Positions 14,165 to 24,261 of a stretch of 64,000 nucleotides of DNA are shown one piece after another. The DNA comes from Vitrella brassicaformis CCMP3155 (Eukaryota > Protista > Chromerida): the NCBI GenBank assembly GCA_001179505.1, contig CDMY01000553.1, positions 124,001-188,000 on the forward strand. Reading direction: 5' to 3'. The position numbers and the translations under genes are program-made. Position 1 is the first letter of the stretch, and the number at the start of each line of letters is the position of its first letter. The notes below the pieces were generated by a model that worked only from the letters and a program-made list of their open reading frames with translations, searched no databases and was not told the DNA's origin.

Positions 14165-14718
14165 TCGACTGCGACACTGGTCGGTGGGGTGGGGGGTGGA
14201 CGGATGGATGGACGGAGGATGGACAGGAGGCCAGACGTGGCGTATGCACGCAGCCAGCTGCCTCTCATGACATGATGTAGACAGAATCCATGCGCTTTTG
14301 CAGCAGACAGACTTGCATGCATTGCATTGATGTGTCCTTGTGTGTCTGAAGAACCCTTTCTGTGTACACGTATGGTATGTGTTCTTGACGGAAGCTGCTT
14401 TCCGTTTGTTCTTCGTTTCCACAGACACACACACGAACCAACGGCATGGCGCACACAACCTCGGCCCATAGCATAGACACACACACGCACAACAGACGGA
14501 TAGGCAGACACCTCACCTCCCTCACCACAAAGCATCCACCAACTATAGCCTTTCTGCTATACTATCTACCTACCTCTCTGCCTACGGCTCGCATCATCAC
14601 CTCGCCCCTCTCCCCCCCTGTCTGCTGCTGCTGCTCCTCCGATTCTTTGCGAGTCCGATTCAGTACCATGCTTCTGAATCCATGCATGTCTCACAGATCA
14701 GTAGATCGTCGGTCTATG

Positions 14719-14737
14719 AACCCTAGACCCTAAACCC
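14719..14737. promoter_or_regulatory. Telomere-like motif (aaccctagaccctaaaccc) about 60 bp upstream of the CLP1 start
   Basis: Motif seen directly; function inferred. Confidence 0.35.
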
Positions 14738-14798
14738 GCGATCGCGATTTACACGGTTCCACGGCAGCAGTGCCAGCAATGCATGGCGGTGCGCAGTG

Positions 14799-17341
14799 AT
14801 GAACACTCGCCATTGGCATCTGAAGACCAACCAGGAGCTGAGGCTCCTCATCGGACGAAACGACAATGTATCCGTCACGGTAAGGAGGACACGACACAAG
14901 AACAGACACACAGATGGCATGCTCTTCACTCATTCATCGCCTGTGTGTGGGCCATCTCTCTCTCGGATGCAGTTGCTTCCCGACCAGGACCGCAGCGAGC
15001 AGCCTCAGGGTCGGCAGCAGTTCCTCACCCGGCCTCCCCTCTCGGCAGAGATCTTCGGCGCATCACTATGCCCAGGACTGCAGCGCAACCTCGCCCGCGG
15101 CGAGCAGACGGCCGTATACACCTGGACAGGCTGCACGCTGGAGGTGAAAGGTCTGGAGAGCACCGACCTCTGCTACCAGGACCAGAACCCGCCGATGAAC
15201 GAGTACCTCAACACAGCGGCGGTGCTGCATCGGAGGCGACTCGACGCCCTCATGACCAGCAAGGGGGGGCCCAGGGTGGGTGGGGAGAGGGGGGGAGAGG
15301 ATGACAGACACAGGAGCTAGCTAGCTGCAGAGTGGTTGGTTGGCAACTTGTCCTCCTGTGTGTGTGGGTGTTGGTCAGGTGTTGATAGCGGGGTCGAGCT
15401 CGTCGGGCAAGACATCCCTTGCTCTGCTGCTGTGTAACTATGCCGTCAGACAGGTGAGTGAGTATGTGTGCTGTGCATGCCAGGACGAGAGGAAAGGGGC
15501 TGAGAAGACCTACCTCACCATTGTTCGTCTGTCTGTTGCCTCTGCGTGTCGATATATCGATCAGGGCTGGACCCCGGCTTACGTCGAGCTGGACCCAAGG
15601 TGAGCATCATTATCAACGGCAGGACGTGTGTGTGTGTATGTGTAAGTGTGTGGTCTGACCTGACAGGGGCGGCAACGACAAGCTTCAGCTGCAGTTTTTG
15701 CCAGGCACCATCGGCGCGACCCTCATCGATTCTGTCGAAACAGAGGTAGGTCACCAGCACAGCAAAGACAAAGCTGGCAGAAAGCCGGGGCTTCGCATGT
15801 TTGGCTGGCTCAGGAGGTGAATCGGCCGTTGATGTACTTCTTCGGCAGCCTGCACATCAATGACGACTACCCCCTCTTCAAGAAGGTAGGTACCCACCAG
15901 ATGGAACGACAGACAGACAGACAGACTATTGCGTGTCTGTCCATCAGTTGTGTTCTCGTCTGAGCGCGGCCCTCAACGTGCGCATGGGTGACGATGCGCT
16001 GTTGGACATGGCTGGTGAGGATGAGCACCACCCGCACAGCAAGCCGGTGGAGATGAGGGCCCCCGAGAGGCCGCCGCTCGTGCCAGACCTGGTCATGCGG
16101 CAGGAGGACGGGCGCGGCGAGCCTACTGTCCGCGACCTGCCGCCGAGAGAGAAACTCACCTACTCAGGTATGTCCATGCATCCACAGAGTGTACGTGACT
16201 GACATGGTGGGCTCATCTGTTTGGGGGGTGTGTGTGTGTGTGTGTGTTGTTTGGCTTGACCACAGGTGTGATATTGAATGCGCCCCCCCAGGCCAGCAGG
16301 GACCACATCCGCGACATCGTGCGGCTCTTCCAGGTGGACGTCGTGCTGGTCCTCGACGACCCATCGCTGAGGCAGGCCCTCGCCCAGCACTACGACAGCA
16401 GCCACCAACACGATGTGGGTGGCCACCTGGCCGCACTCCTGCCCAAACCAGACCACGGCGGCGAACAGTCGCCATCGGCCACGCGCAAGGTCGATGTGGT
16501 CGCCTTGCCCAAGGCTGCTGGCGTCGTGCAGGTCAGCACTCAGCCAGACAGTCTGGCGCGGAGAGAGACAAGGAAGACGTTTGGGTGGATGGATGTGTGT
16601 GTTTAGGTGACTGAGGAGCGTATGAAGGATTTGCGTCAGCGTGTGGTGGGTCGTTACTACCACGGCGACCCCGAGTATCCCCTCCACCCACAGGTCATCA
16701 CCCTCAGCTCCACCGCATGCCACTTCTACAAACTCGACGCATCAGCATTCTCCTCCTCACTACTGCCGGCAGGTCAGTCAGTCATGCAGTCATGCCTTGT
16801 TTCTTTCCTCTCACTCGTGTGTGTGTGTGTGTGTGTGTGTTGATTGCGGTGTGTGTCCATCAGGTCAGCAGCAGGCGATGCTGCAGGAGTTCCGGCCGTC
16901 GGCGTACACAGGACGCCCCCCCGACCTGGCCCTCTCATTCCTGGGCGTCACATACGCCCGCCCAGGCAAAACTGAGGACCTCCTCTTCGCCAACCTCGCG
17001 GCACTCGTCTTCGTCCAGGCAGTCGAGGTGACCTACCAGCGGAGGGAGGGACACACACACCGGATCGGACACACACAAACCCTTCCTTCGGCGTCACTCG
17101 ACTCTTGGTGTCTGTCTGTCAGGCTGAGAGCACCGCTGAGGAGGCGGCGGCAGCTGATGAGAATGTGGCCATGGGCGACGACGCCAAGGCGGCTGGTGGT
17201 GGTGGTGGTGGTGCGCCGACGTCGTGGAAGCTGCAGCTGCTGTGTCCTGCTGGTGGGGAGCTGCCGTCCAAGATGTTTGTGGTTGGCCAGCCGCAGAAGC
17301 TGCGGATGCCCACGGGCGTCCACCCACTGCACCAGCTGTGA
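14799..17341 (+). CDS. CLP1: Clp1 (mRNA cleavage/polyadenylation factor; polynucleotide 5'-kinase family); multi-exon
   Basis: N-terminal WHLKTNQELRL..AEIFGASL..AVYTWTGCTLEVKG..PMNEYLN; P-loop GPRVLIAGSSSSGKTSLALLLCNYAVRQGWTPAYVELDP; LPGTIGA; PLMYFFG; LPKAAGVV..YYHG; C-terminal LFANLAALVFVQAV..LLCPAGGELPSKMFVVG. Confidence 0.93.
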
Positions 17342-18404
17342 TGAATGGATGTGACGGACAGACAGACGCTGATTGACGCCCATGTGGATAAGTGACCGAC
17401 CGACAGACAGACAGACAAACGCTGGTGGTGGTGTGTGGTATCAGCCGTCTTTGAGAAGGTGTATTGCAGGCTCTGTCGCGTGTTAGGTCGCGTGCACGAC
17501 GATAGCACCTGCAGCAGTGCTTCTCCAAGGCGGCTGGATGCACCCACCATCCATTGCTTCGATGCCAGTGTGGCGTGGCGTGTGTGTTGTTGTGATTGGA
17601 CCATGCGCACTGATGGATGGATGGATCCATAAACGACGTTTGCAATGCATTGCAAAAGTCCCTCGATGAAACAAACAAACGTCGTTCCATTTGCCAGATC
17701 GATCGATTCACTCTATCGAGGTATACAACAGCACAGCACAGCACGATCGCGCAAGTGGTGGTGAGGTAGATAGAGGCCATCCTGACGAATGTATGGGAGA
17801 GAGAGAGACACATATGTGTCAGTAATTCCGATCTTCCATACTCGGCACCAATCCATCCATCCATCCGACATATGCAGTCCGTCCATCTGCAGTCGTCCCT
17901 GCTCGAGCCCAGCCCGTGTGTGCGTCTTGTGGCCCTGCCCCTCACCCAGTGAACTGAAGGGAAGGACCCACAGGACACACACACTTCAGGCTCAAGCCAG
18001 GAAGCGACAGAGATGTCCATCCATCCTTCCGCGATGCATGGCCATGGCATCCACGGATAGTCGACACGCTCATCTAGCTAGGTCCAAACTCAGGATGGAT
18101 GTGTGTGTGTGTCCATGCAGTCAGTCAGGACAGAAAGAAGGAAGCCTCACGAGTGAGTGAGTGGAGGCCGTCAGCTGCACTTGTCTGTCTACCCCCCCCC
18201 CCACACACACACAGTCACACACACAGCCGGCCCCCTGCGATCGAAAATGGTAGGTAAGGACACACACCTGAACCAGGCCCAGGCAAGACACACACACACA
18301 CCCGCACACAGTGGTCCACATCCGTTAGTCTGTCTGTCTGTCTGTCACTGTGCCACCGCCCACCTGCAGCTGTGGTGGGCTACGCTATGCGCCAATTGGG
18401 TATG

Positions 18405-19348
18405 CTAGTCGGTCCTGCAGTTGCCCTGTGCGGCGGTGCCGTCCTCGGACGCCTGCACCTGGCTGCGGATCTTGCGCAGCCGATCTAACACCTTCCCAAA
18501 CGCAAAACTACCCTGATTTACACACACAACACACGACACACAATGCTTGTTGTGTGTTTGTCTGTGCGTGTGGTGTGTGTGGTGTGTGCCGACCGCGTTG
18601 CTCCAGAAAGGGTCTTGGTACTTGCGGCCGTCCTTGTGTTTGTTCTCGTTGCACACGCCCTCGTAAAAGGCAAACTGCTCCACGAAGCTCTCCTTGACAA
18701 TGCCCCGCAGGTCGTCCGGCAGCCGCCCGCTGCCCGACGCGTATCGCCTGCTCATGTCGAGCAGCTTCCTGGCGTACTCACCCTCCTTGTCGCTCGCGGA
18801 TGCCGACGTGCTGCTCGTCGACGGCATGGACGCCGGAGGAGCGGGCTGCGGCTGGCTGCTGGGGTGGGATGCCTGGGCGGCACTCGATGACCTGGCAGGC
18901 TGGTCGGGAGGGGGCGAGGTCTTGCCTTCGTCGGCGAGGATGGACTCGACCACCGAACACACGGCCTCGCGGAGGGTCTCGTAGCGGAGCACATCGTTGT
19001 AGGCCGCAGCCTGGGGGACAGACACGGGCACACAGACACACACACACAGAGAGAGAGGGAGGGCAGTTGGTGTGTCTGTGCAGGAAAGGTGCACGCCAGA
19101 AGCTGACCACTGTGGGGATATTGTGTTCAAAGTTTGCCTGTGTTGTGTGTGGAAGGACACCGGATGGGCGTGTGTGTGGAGGACGGCAGGTGGAACCGAG
19201 CTCCTTCCCATGTCGGTCCACCTAGGGGCGCTCTAAGTAGAACACTTATGGTCTCCTTCCAAAGCGCAATCGCATCTTCATCAATGTCAAAGAAACGCTT
19301 TGCTTTGGTTTTGAGCAGCGTCGCCTGGTCGCTGAGAATGGGCAGCAT
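18405..19348 (-). CDS. UBE2Z (USE1)-like ubiquitin-conjugating enzyme; C-terminal region clear, catalytic core not recognisable (possibly degenerate or partial)
   Basis: YNDVLRYETLREAVC, LPDDLRGIVKESFVEQFAFYEGVC, DGRKYQDPF and GSFAFGKVLDRLRKIRSQV parallel the UBE2Z tail ([62 protein letters not shown]). The upstream exon structure is unresolved. Confidence 0.6.
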
Positions 19349-19460
19349 CTTCCTGAAGACAGGCAGACACAAACAGAGAGAGATCTCAGCTGGGGAGCCT
19401 TCTGGCTGCTTCTCGCTTCGTGTGAGGACTTCTGTGTGTGCGCCTCTCTGCGCCGTTGAA

Positions 19461-19951
19461 GGGTTTGCAAACCCTACACCCCAAACCCTAATACTTTCGC
19501 TTTGGAGGCTTTTCCCCATTGCAGGGGGGCNNNNNNNNNNNNNNNNNNNNNNNNNNNNNNNNNNNNNNNNNNNNNNNNNNNNNNNNNNNNNNNNNNNNNN
19601 NNNNNNNNNNNNNNNNNNNNNNNNNNNNNNNNNNNNNNNNNNNNNNNNNNNNNNNNNNNNNNNNNNNNNNNNNNNNNNNNNNNNNNNNNNNNNNNNNNNN
19701 NNNNNNNNNNNNNNNNNNNNNNNNNNNNNNNNNNNNNNNNNNNNNNNNNNNNNNNNNNNNNNNNNNNNNNNNNNNNNNNNNNNNNNNNNNNNNNNNNNNN
19801 NNNNNNNNNNNNNNNNNNNNNNNNNNNNNNTATGTGGCCTTTCTGAGCGGGAGCCTCTCTGCTGGTTCCCTGGGATTCGGGGTTTGTGAACCCTACACCC
19901 TAAACCCTAATACTTTCGCTTTGGAGGCTTTTTCCCGTTCTTGCAGGGGGC
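19461..19951 (+). repeat. Two diverged copies of a roughly 70-bp telomere-like element flanking the gap (about 19461-19530 and 19880-19951)
   Basis: Both copies read gggtttg..aaccctacacc(c/t)aaaccctaatactttcgctttggaggctttt..ccc..ttgcagggggc, with several mismatches. Confidence 0.85.
19531..19830. other. Assembly gap (300 N)
   Basis: Run of N seen directly. Confidence 0.99.
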
Positions 19952-20386
19952 GGAGAGGCGGCCGACGTGCTCATCTAAACCCTAGTTATGCGTAGGGCTT
20001 GCGAAATTGGTGAATGCGGTTGGTGCAGCGACGCGTGGCAGACAGGCAGACACACTCACACACAGGCTCATGTCCACAGGGGTCCACGCACGCGCAGAGA
20101 GGCAGGAGGGGAGGCCTGTGTGTGCAGTGTGTGTGTGTGCAGTGTGTGTGTGTGCAGTGTGTGTGCGTGTGTGTGCCATCATCGCCCGCACACGCGCACC
20201 CTCACACACACACACACACGTCCGTCCTCTACATCTTACACTCTCATCGACTGCACAGAGAGAGAAACCCACTTGAGCCAAAGAGAGAGGGAAACCCACA
20301 CAATCACATCACTCGCGGGTCTTCTACACACATACAGCCCGACCATGTGCCCCAGGTGGCTGGCTGGTGCTGTGGGCTGCTCTGCT

Positions 20387-22148
20387 TCACCAGCCCGGCG
20401 TCCCGAATAGCTGTGTCAGATACCATGTGCCATCGCTTGAGCACGCCACCCCGATGCCGCACACAATGAATGGCCCGACGAGATTGCGACGGTGCCCCTC
20501 AGAATGGATCCACCCGTCCACTGCCGCCTTGGCCACCTGCACAAAGTAAATCGCCGAATTCATCCCTCCATCCATCCACTCAGACGGCCGGTCCCTCCCT
20601 CCCTCCTCACCCACCTCATAGATGCCCTTGTTGTGCGCCACGTTCTCAGCTGACCGCGACGACCGATATGGGTAAGACCGAAAACGCTGCTGGGCGCCCT
20701 GAACCAACACACACACACACACACACGATGGGGGCGAGCGTGTGTGTGTGTTTCTCTCTCTGTTGTGTGGGAGCTTGGCTTACGTCATGTCCGAATGGCA
20801 CTCTCCCCGCGGCCATGTTGCGGCTGTGGACCTCAGCAATGCGGCACAGCTCATCCGACCACACCAGCCCCGGAAGACCCAGACTCGCACGGTAGTCATT
20901 CGTGTAGTCGAGGGCCTGCTTGCCAATGTAGACTGGCTGGAAATCGAGTCTCCTGAAGTCGGCGAGCGTGCGGAAGGGGCCGTGCTCCCTCTTCATCTGC
21001 TCAGCATACCGGCCGTGCGACACGGGGGCGCGAGAGGGAGCTGAGACCACTCTCTGCTGCCGCACGGACGAAGGCTGGGCGGCAGGGGAGGGTGCGGCAG
21101 CAGGGGGGCGTGCACCGCCCGCAGCATCGAACCGCTCCTTTCGCTGTGAGCGGATGGCCATGAGCTGGTCCTCCTGCTCCTGCCGCGTCTTCTCCCGCTG
21201 CTGGTGCTCGCGCCGGGACGATTGGAAGGAGGACTTGACGGGGAGAGCAACTTGCCGGTCGATCTGGGTCCTCCGGGCTCGGTTGGTGCTCACGATGCGC
21301 TGCTCATGCAGTCTGGCCAGCTGGTCTCGCGTCGGCGCGCCCGTGAATGACGGCGCAGGGGCAGAGGGGTGGGTCTTGGTGGGAGAGGTGGACGCAGAGC
21401 GGTCTTGCGGTGACTCCTCTGGTGAAACCGCCGCCTTGGGAAGCGACTGCAGCAGCTCATCCAGCACCGTCTTCACCAGCCATACCTTGCCGAATGTGAG
21501 CTCGTCGTTGGGGTCGTCGATGGCCATCTCATCTTCGCCCTTCTCGTTGGTGCGCTGCTTCCAGCCGGCCGCCTCGAGCAGCGCACACGCAGGCGAGTGC
21601 CGCATGACGGCCTGCTGGATCTTGGGATTGCTGGTCTTGAACGAACGATACTTGAGGCTGTCGGGCTCTTTCAGCAAGTTCAGGTGCAGCCGCATGAGGA
21701 CAGAGCCACACTGCTGCCTATCTTCGATAGACTCGATGGCCGTGAGCGCATCCACGGCCTTGTAGATTTGCTCCTCCACTTGCACATCATCTTGGTCAGT
21801 CGGGGAAGACGGGGAGGCATCATTGCGGGTGTCATCAGCCGGTGCTGAAGGGCCGTCCTGTGTTGACTCGTGAGCGTCTTCCAGGACCACCGACGGTGGC
21901 TCCTCGCTGACGTGAGCTGTGGCAGATGGCGCAGAGAGCTCCAGCAGATGGTCCAGCATCACTTGAAGCGAGGGCGGAAACCTGTTGGTTTTCGTCGCCA
22001 CCTTGGTGAGCTCTTCCTCGATTGCGAGCGCAGACAGATGAGGGAAGAGGTCCTTCAGGACGGCGGGAGAAGCGTTGTCATCTTGGCTCTCGAGAAGAGA
22101 TGCGTCCGATGGAAGAGGCGGGGCGCTGGGTACTGGCAATTGGTTCAT
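20387..22148 (-). CDS. CUE-like + PUB + CAP/SCP (bacterial YkwD-type) domain fusion protein
   Basis: LKDLFPHLSALAIEEEL (CUE-like FP motif); VLMRLHLNLLKEPDSLKYRSFKTSNPKIQQAV..LLEAAGW (PUB); ALDYTNDYRASLGLPGLVWSDELCRIAEVHSRNMA..FGHDG..AENVA..AVDGWIHSEGHRRNLVG..CGIGV..YLTQLF (CAP). Two short introns lie in the CAP region. Confidence 0.85.
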
Positions 22149-22352
22149 AATCTGGGTAGCTCCTGAGAAACCGCAGTTCTGTCCCCAAAATAGTGCGAGC
22201 TGCCTTCTGGGGGCACAGCACTCCCCTCCCTCCCCTCCGGAGACTGAGGTCAAACAACGAATCCATACAGCTCGTCAAACAGCTCTCCCGTGAGTCCCAT
22301 TCTGATTCTTCTTGTTTGTTCAGGTCAATTTGGTTCAGGTCTTGTCGGCGTC
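22149..22352. promoter_or_regulatory. Putative bidirectional promoter between the CUE-PUB-CAP gene and the ZP-module gene
   Basis: Head-to-head ATGs at 22148 (-) and 22353 (+). Confidence 0.5.
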
Positions 22353-24095
22353 ATGCAAGCGCTCTCCCTTCTCGTTGGCCTCCTCCTCCCCTTGATCGTC
22401 GGTCCAGTGGGTGTGGCTGCCCAGCCGCTTACCGTGTCCGCCCGTACCATTTGTGGCAACGCCACCCATTCATTTCTCGGCGGCTGCTTCTCCGAGACTG
22501 ATACGATTCAGTGGCGGCTGGAGACCACCTGCGACGAGCCGCCCCTGTCGCTTCCTGGATCAACCCCTCCTGAGGTGTGCGTCGTTGCACCTCTGGAGGG
22601 CTGCGACACACAGAGGACATCCCGAGGCGATGGGTATCTCGGAGTCACGAACCTCGTCATCGGCGACAGCACGGAGTTTCGATACCCTCTCGAGTGCCTC
22701 TATGACCCAAATGGACAAGAGGTCCCGCTGCCGCGACAGGGCAAGGGCTTCGGCTGGACGGCGGGAGACAAGAGTGTGGCAGTGTATGCGAGTCTGTGTT
22801 CGGACTACCTTTGCAACGAGCCTCTCGACAACCCCATAACTATCAACTGCCCCCTTACAGACCAAGGTGGGCCCTTCGACTTTTGCCAATCGCTGGCTGA
22901 CAACGACAACGAGCCGTACAAGTGGGCCTACCTGCGGCTGAATGTCCCGGCCATGAACGACTCGCTCTTCATCCAGCCCCGCCAGTGCTACGCCACGCCG
23001 AGCGTGAGTGACGCCAGCCAGAAGGCCGTGCAGTGGCTCTTTGACGGCTGCAATGTCGACGTCTTGACGCTCCCCAACGGTGTCTCATGGCCAGTGTTGT
23101 ATCAAGTACACGCGGAGGGCCTGACGATGCTCAGATTTCCCGTGTTTCGGATGGGCACCTCCCCATCGATCGACTTCATCTACATCTACTGTGAAGTGGC
23201 GCTCTGCAACGGCCCCAACTGCCTCAATTGTCCTATCACAGTCGTCAACCAGACGACAACCGAAGGCATCTTCGTCGGCAACGTCGATCAGGCCGGCCAG
23301 CAGGGGACGCTCATCACCTCCCAGTTGTACAGCCAGCCCGTCAACAGCACTACCAGCTCTGGCGCAGAGAGCCAGCAGCTGGGCGTGGGGCCGCTAATCA
23401 TGCTGGGCGATGGGGGCCGGAAAGCAGAAGATGACGAGGGCAAGAGGGCCAAAACGACCGATTTGCAGAAGTCCCTCTCTGGCCCAGTGGCGCCCATCCT
23501 CTTTGTTCTCATCGGCGTTGCCTTGCTGACGGCCGTGTGCTTCCCGATCGTCAGGGGCATCCAGCTGAAGCGCGCGCAGAGGATCAAGTGCGCCAAGGAC
23601 AGGAACGAGAAGCCGGCGCAGGTGAAGCAAGCTGAGACTACCCTGGAGAAGCTCCGCGCCAAGCAGCGGCAGAAGATCGCCGCCCTCTCGCAACAACAGA
23701 CCACCGCCAGCCCAGAGGCATTGCAGGTGCCGATTTATGCGACAGAAGACAGGCTTGTCGGGGGCAGCATCCGATCAGGCGATGCAATGACTGAAGACCT
23801 GGATGCCGCGCTCAAGCGAGACGGCGGGGGGGTCATGACGCCATCACAGACGTACATCTTGGCGGACCACATTGTCGCATCGCCAGCGGCACAGAGCGCG
23901 GCGTCACCGAGTGGGCCAGAGCAGCATCCGATCACGGACGACAGTGAGGGGGAGAGGGCGGCTGGTCTGCGGCTGGACGGGATTGCTGTTGGCGTGAGAG
24001 CTTCGATCGCTTCGCTGTGGTCTACAGAGGCGAGACAGCGGTCGCCGAGTCATCGGGGTGGGGCCTCGCCCACACAGCGTGCGGACGACGTGTGA
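22353..24095 (+). CDS. Intronless type I membrane protein with signal peptide and zona pellucida (ZP-N + ZP-C)-like module
   Basis: Single ORF. Signal peptide MQALSLLVGLLLPLIVGPVGVAA; ZP-N-like APLEGCDT..TNLV..YPLECLY; ZP-C-like QCYATPS..WLFDGC..LRFPVFRM..IYIYCEVALC..C..C; EHP-like LGVGPLIM; TM helix PVAPILFVLIGVALLTAVCFPIV followed by basic residues. The CDS is secure; the domain call is by eye. Confidence 0.8.
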   Translation: MQALSLLVGLLLPLIVGPVGVAAQPLTVSARTICGNATHSFLGGCFSETDTIQWRLETTCDEPPLSLPGSTPPEVCVVAPLEGCDTQRTSRGDGYLGVTNLVIGDSTEFRYPLECLYDPNGQEVPLPRQGKGFGWTAGDKSVAVYASLCSDYLCNEPLDNPITINCPLTDQGGPFDFCQSLADNDNEPYKWAYLRLNVPAMNDSLFIQPRQCYATPSVSDASQKAVQWLFDGCNVDVLTLPNGVSWPVLYQVHAEGLTMLRFPVFRMGTSPSIDFIYIYCEVALCNGPNCLNCPITVVNQTTTEGIFVGNVDQAGQQGTLITSQLYSQPVNSTTSSGAESQQLGVGPLIMLGDGGRKAEDDEGKRAKTTDLQKSLSGPVAPILFVLIGVALLTAVCFPIVRGIQLKRAQRIKCAKDRNEKPAQVKQAETTLEKLRAKQRQKIAALSQQQTTASPEALQVPIYATEDRLVGGSIRSGDAMTEDLDAALKRDGGGVMTPSQTYILADHIVASPAAQSAASPSGPEQHPITDDSEGERAAGLRLDGIAVGVRASIASLWSTEARQRSPSHRGGASPTQRADDV

Positions 24096-24261
24096 AGTGC
24101 GGCTGGTGCGGTGTGTGTCCACGCTTTGAGTGCTTAATTGATGTGGCCAATGACCTTGAGACTTCTCGCTAATTGGCTTTTACATTGATCTAATTGATAA
24201 TACATAGCAGTCTTGATGCACGCATCACGCATCACGCACACATGGCTGCCTGGCTGGCTGC

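Noticed and set aside
17094-18050. 318-aa minus-strand ORF overlapping the CLP1 3' end
   Set aside because: Translation is dominated by repeat-derived sequence; no coherent exon chain or domain was found.
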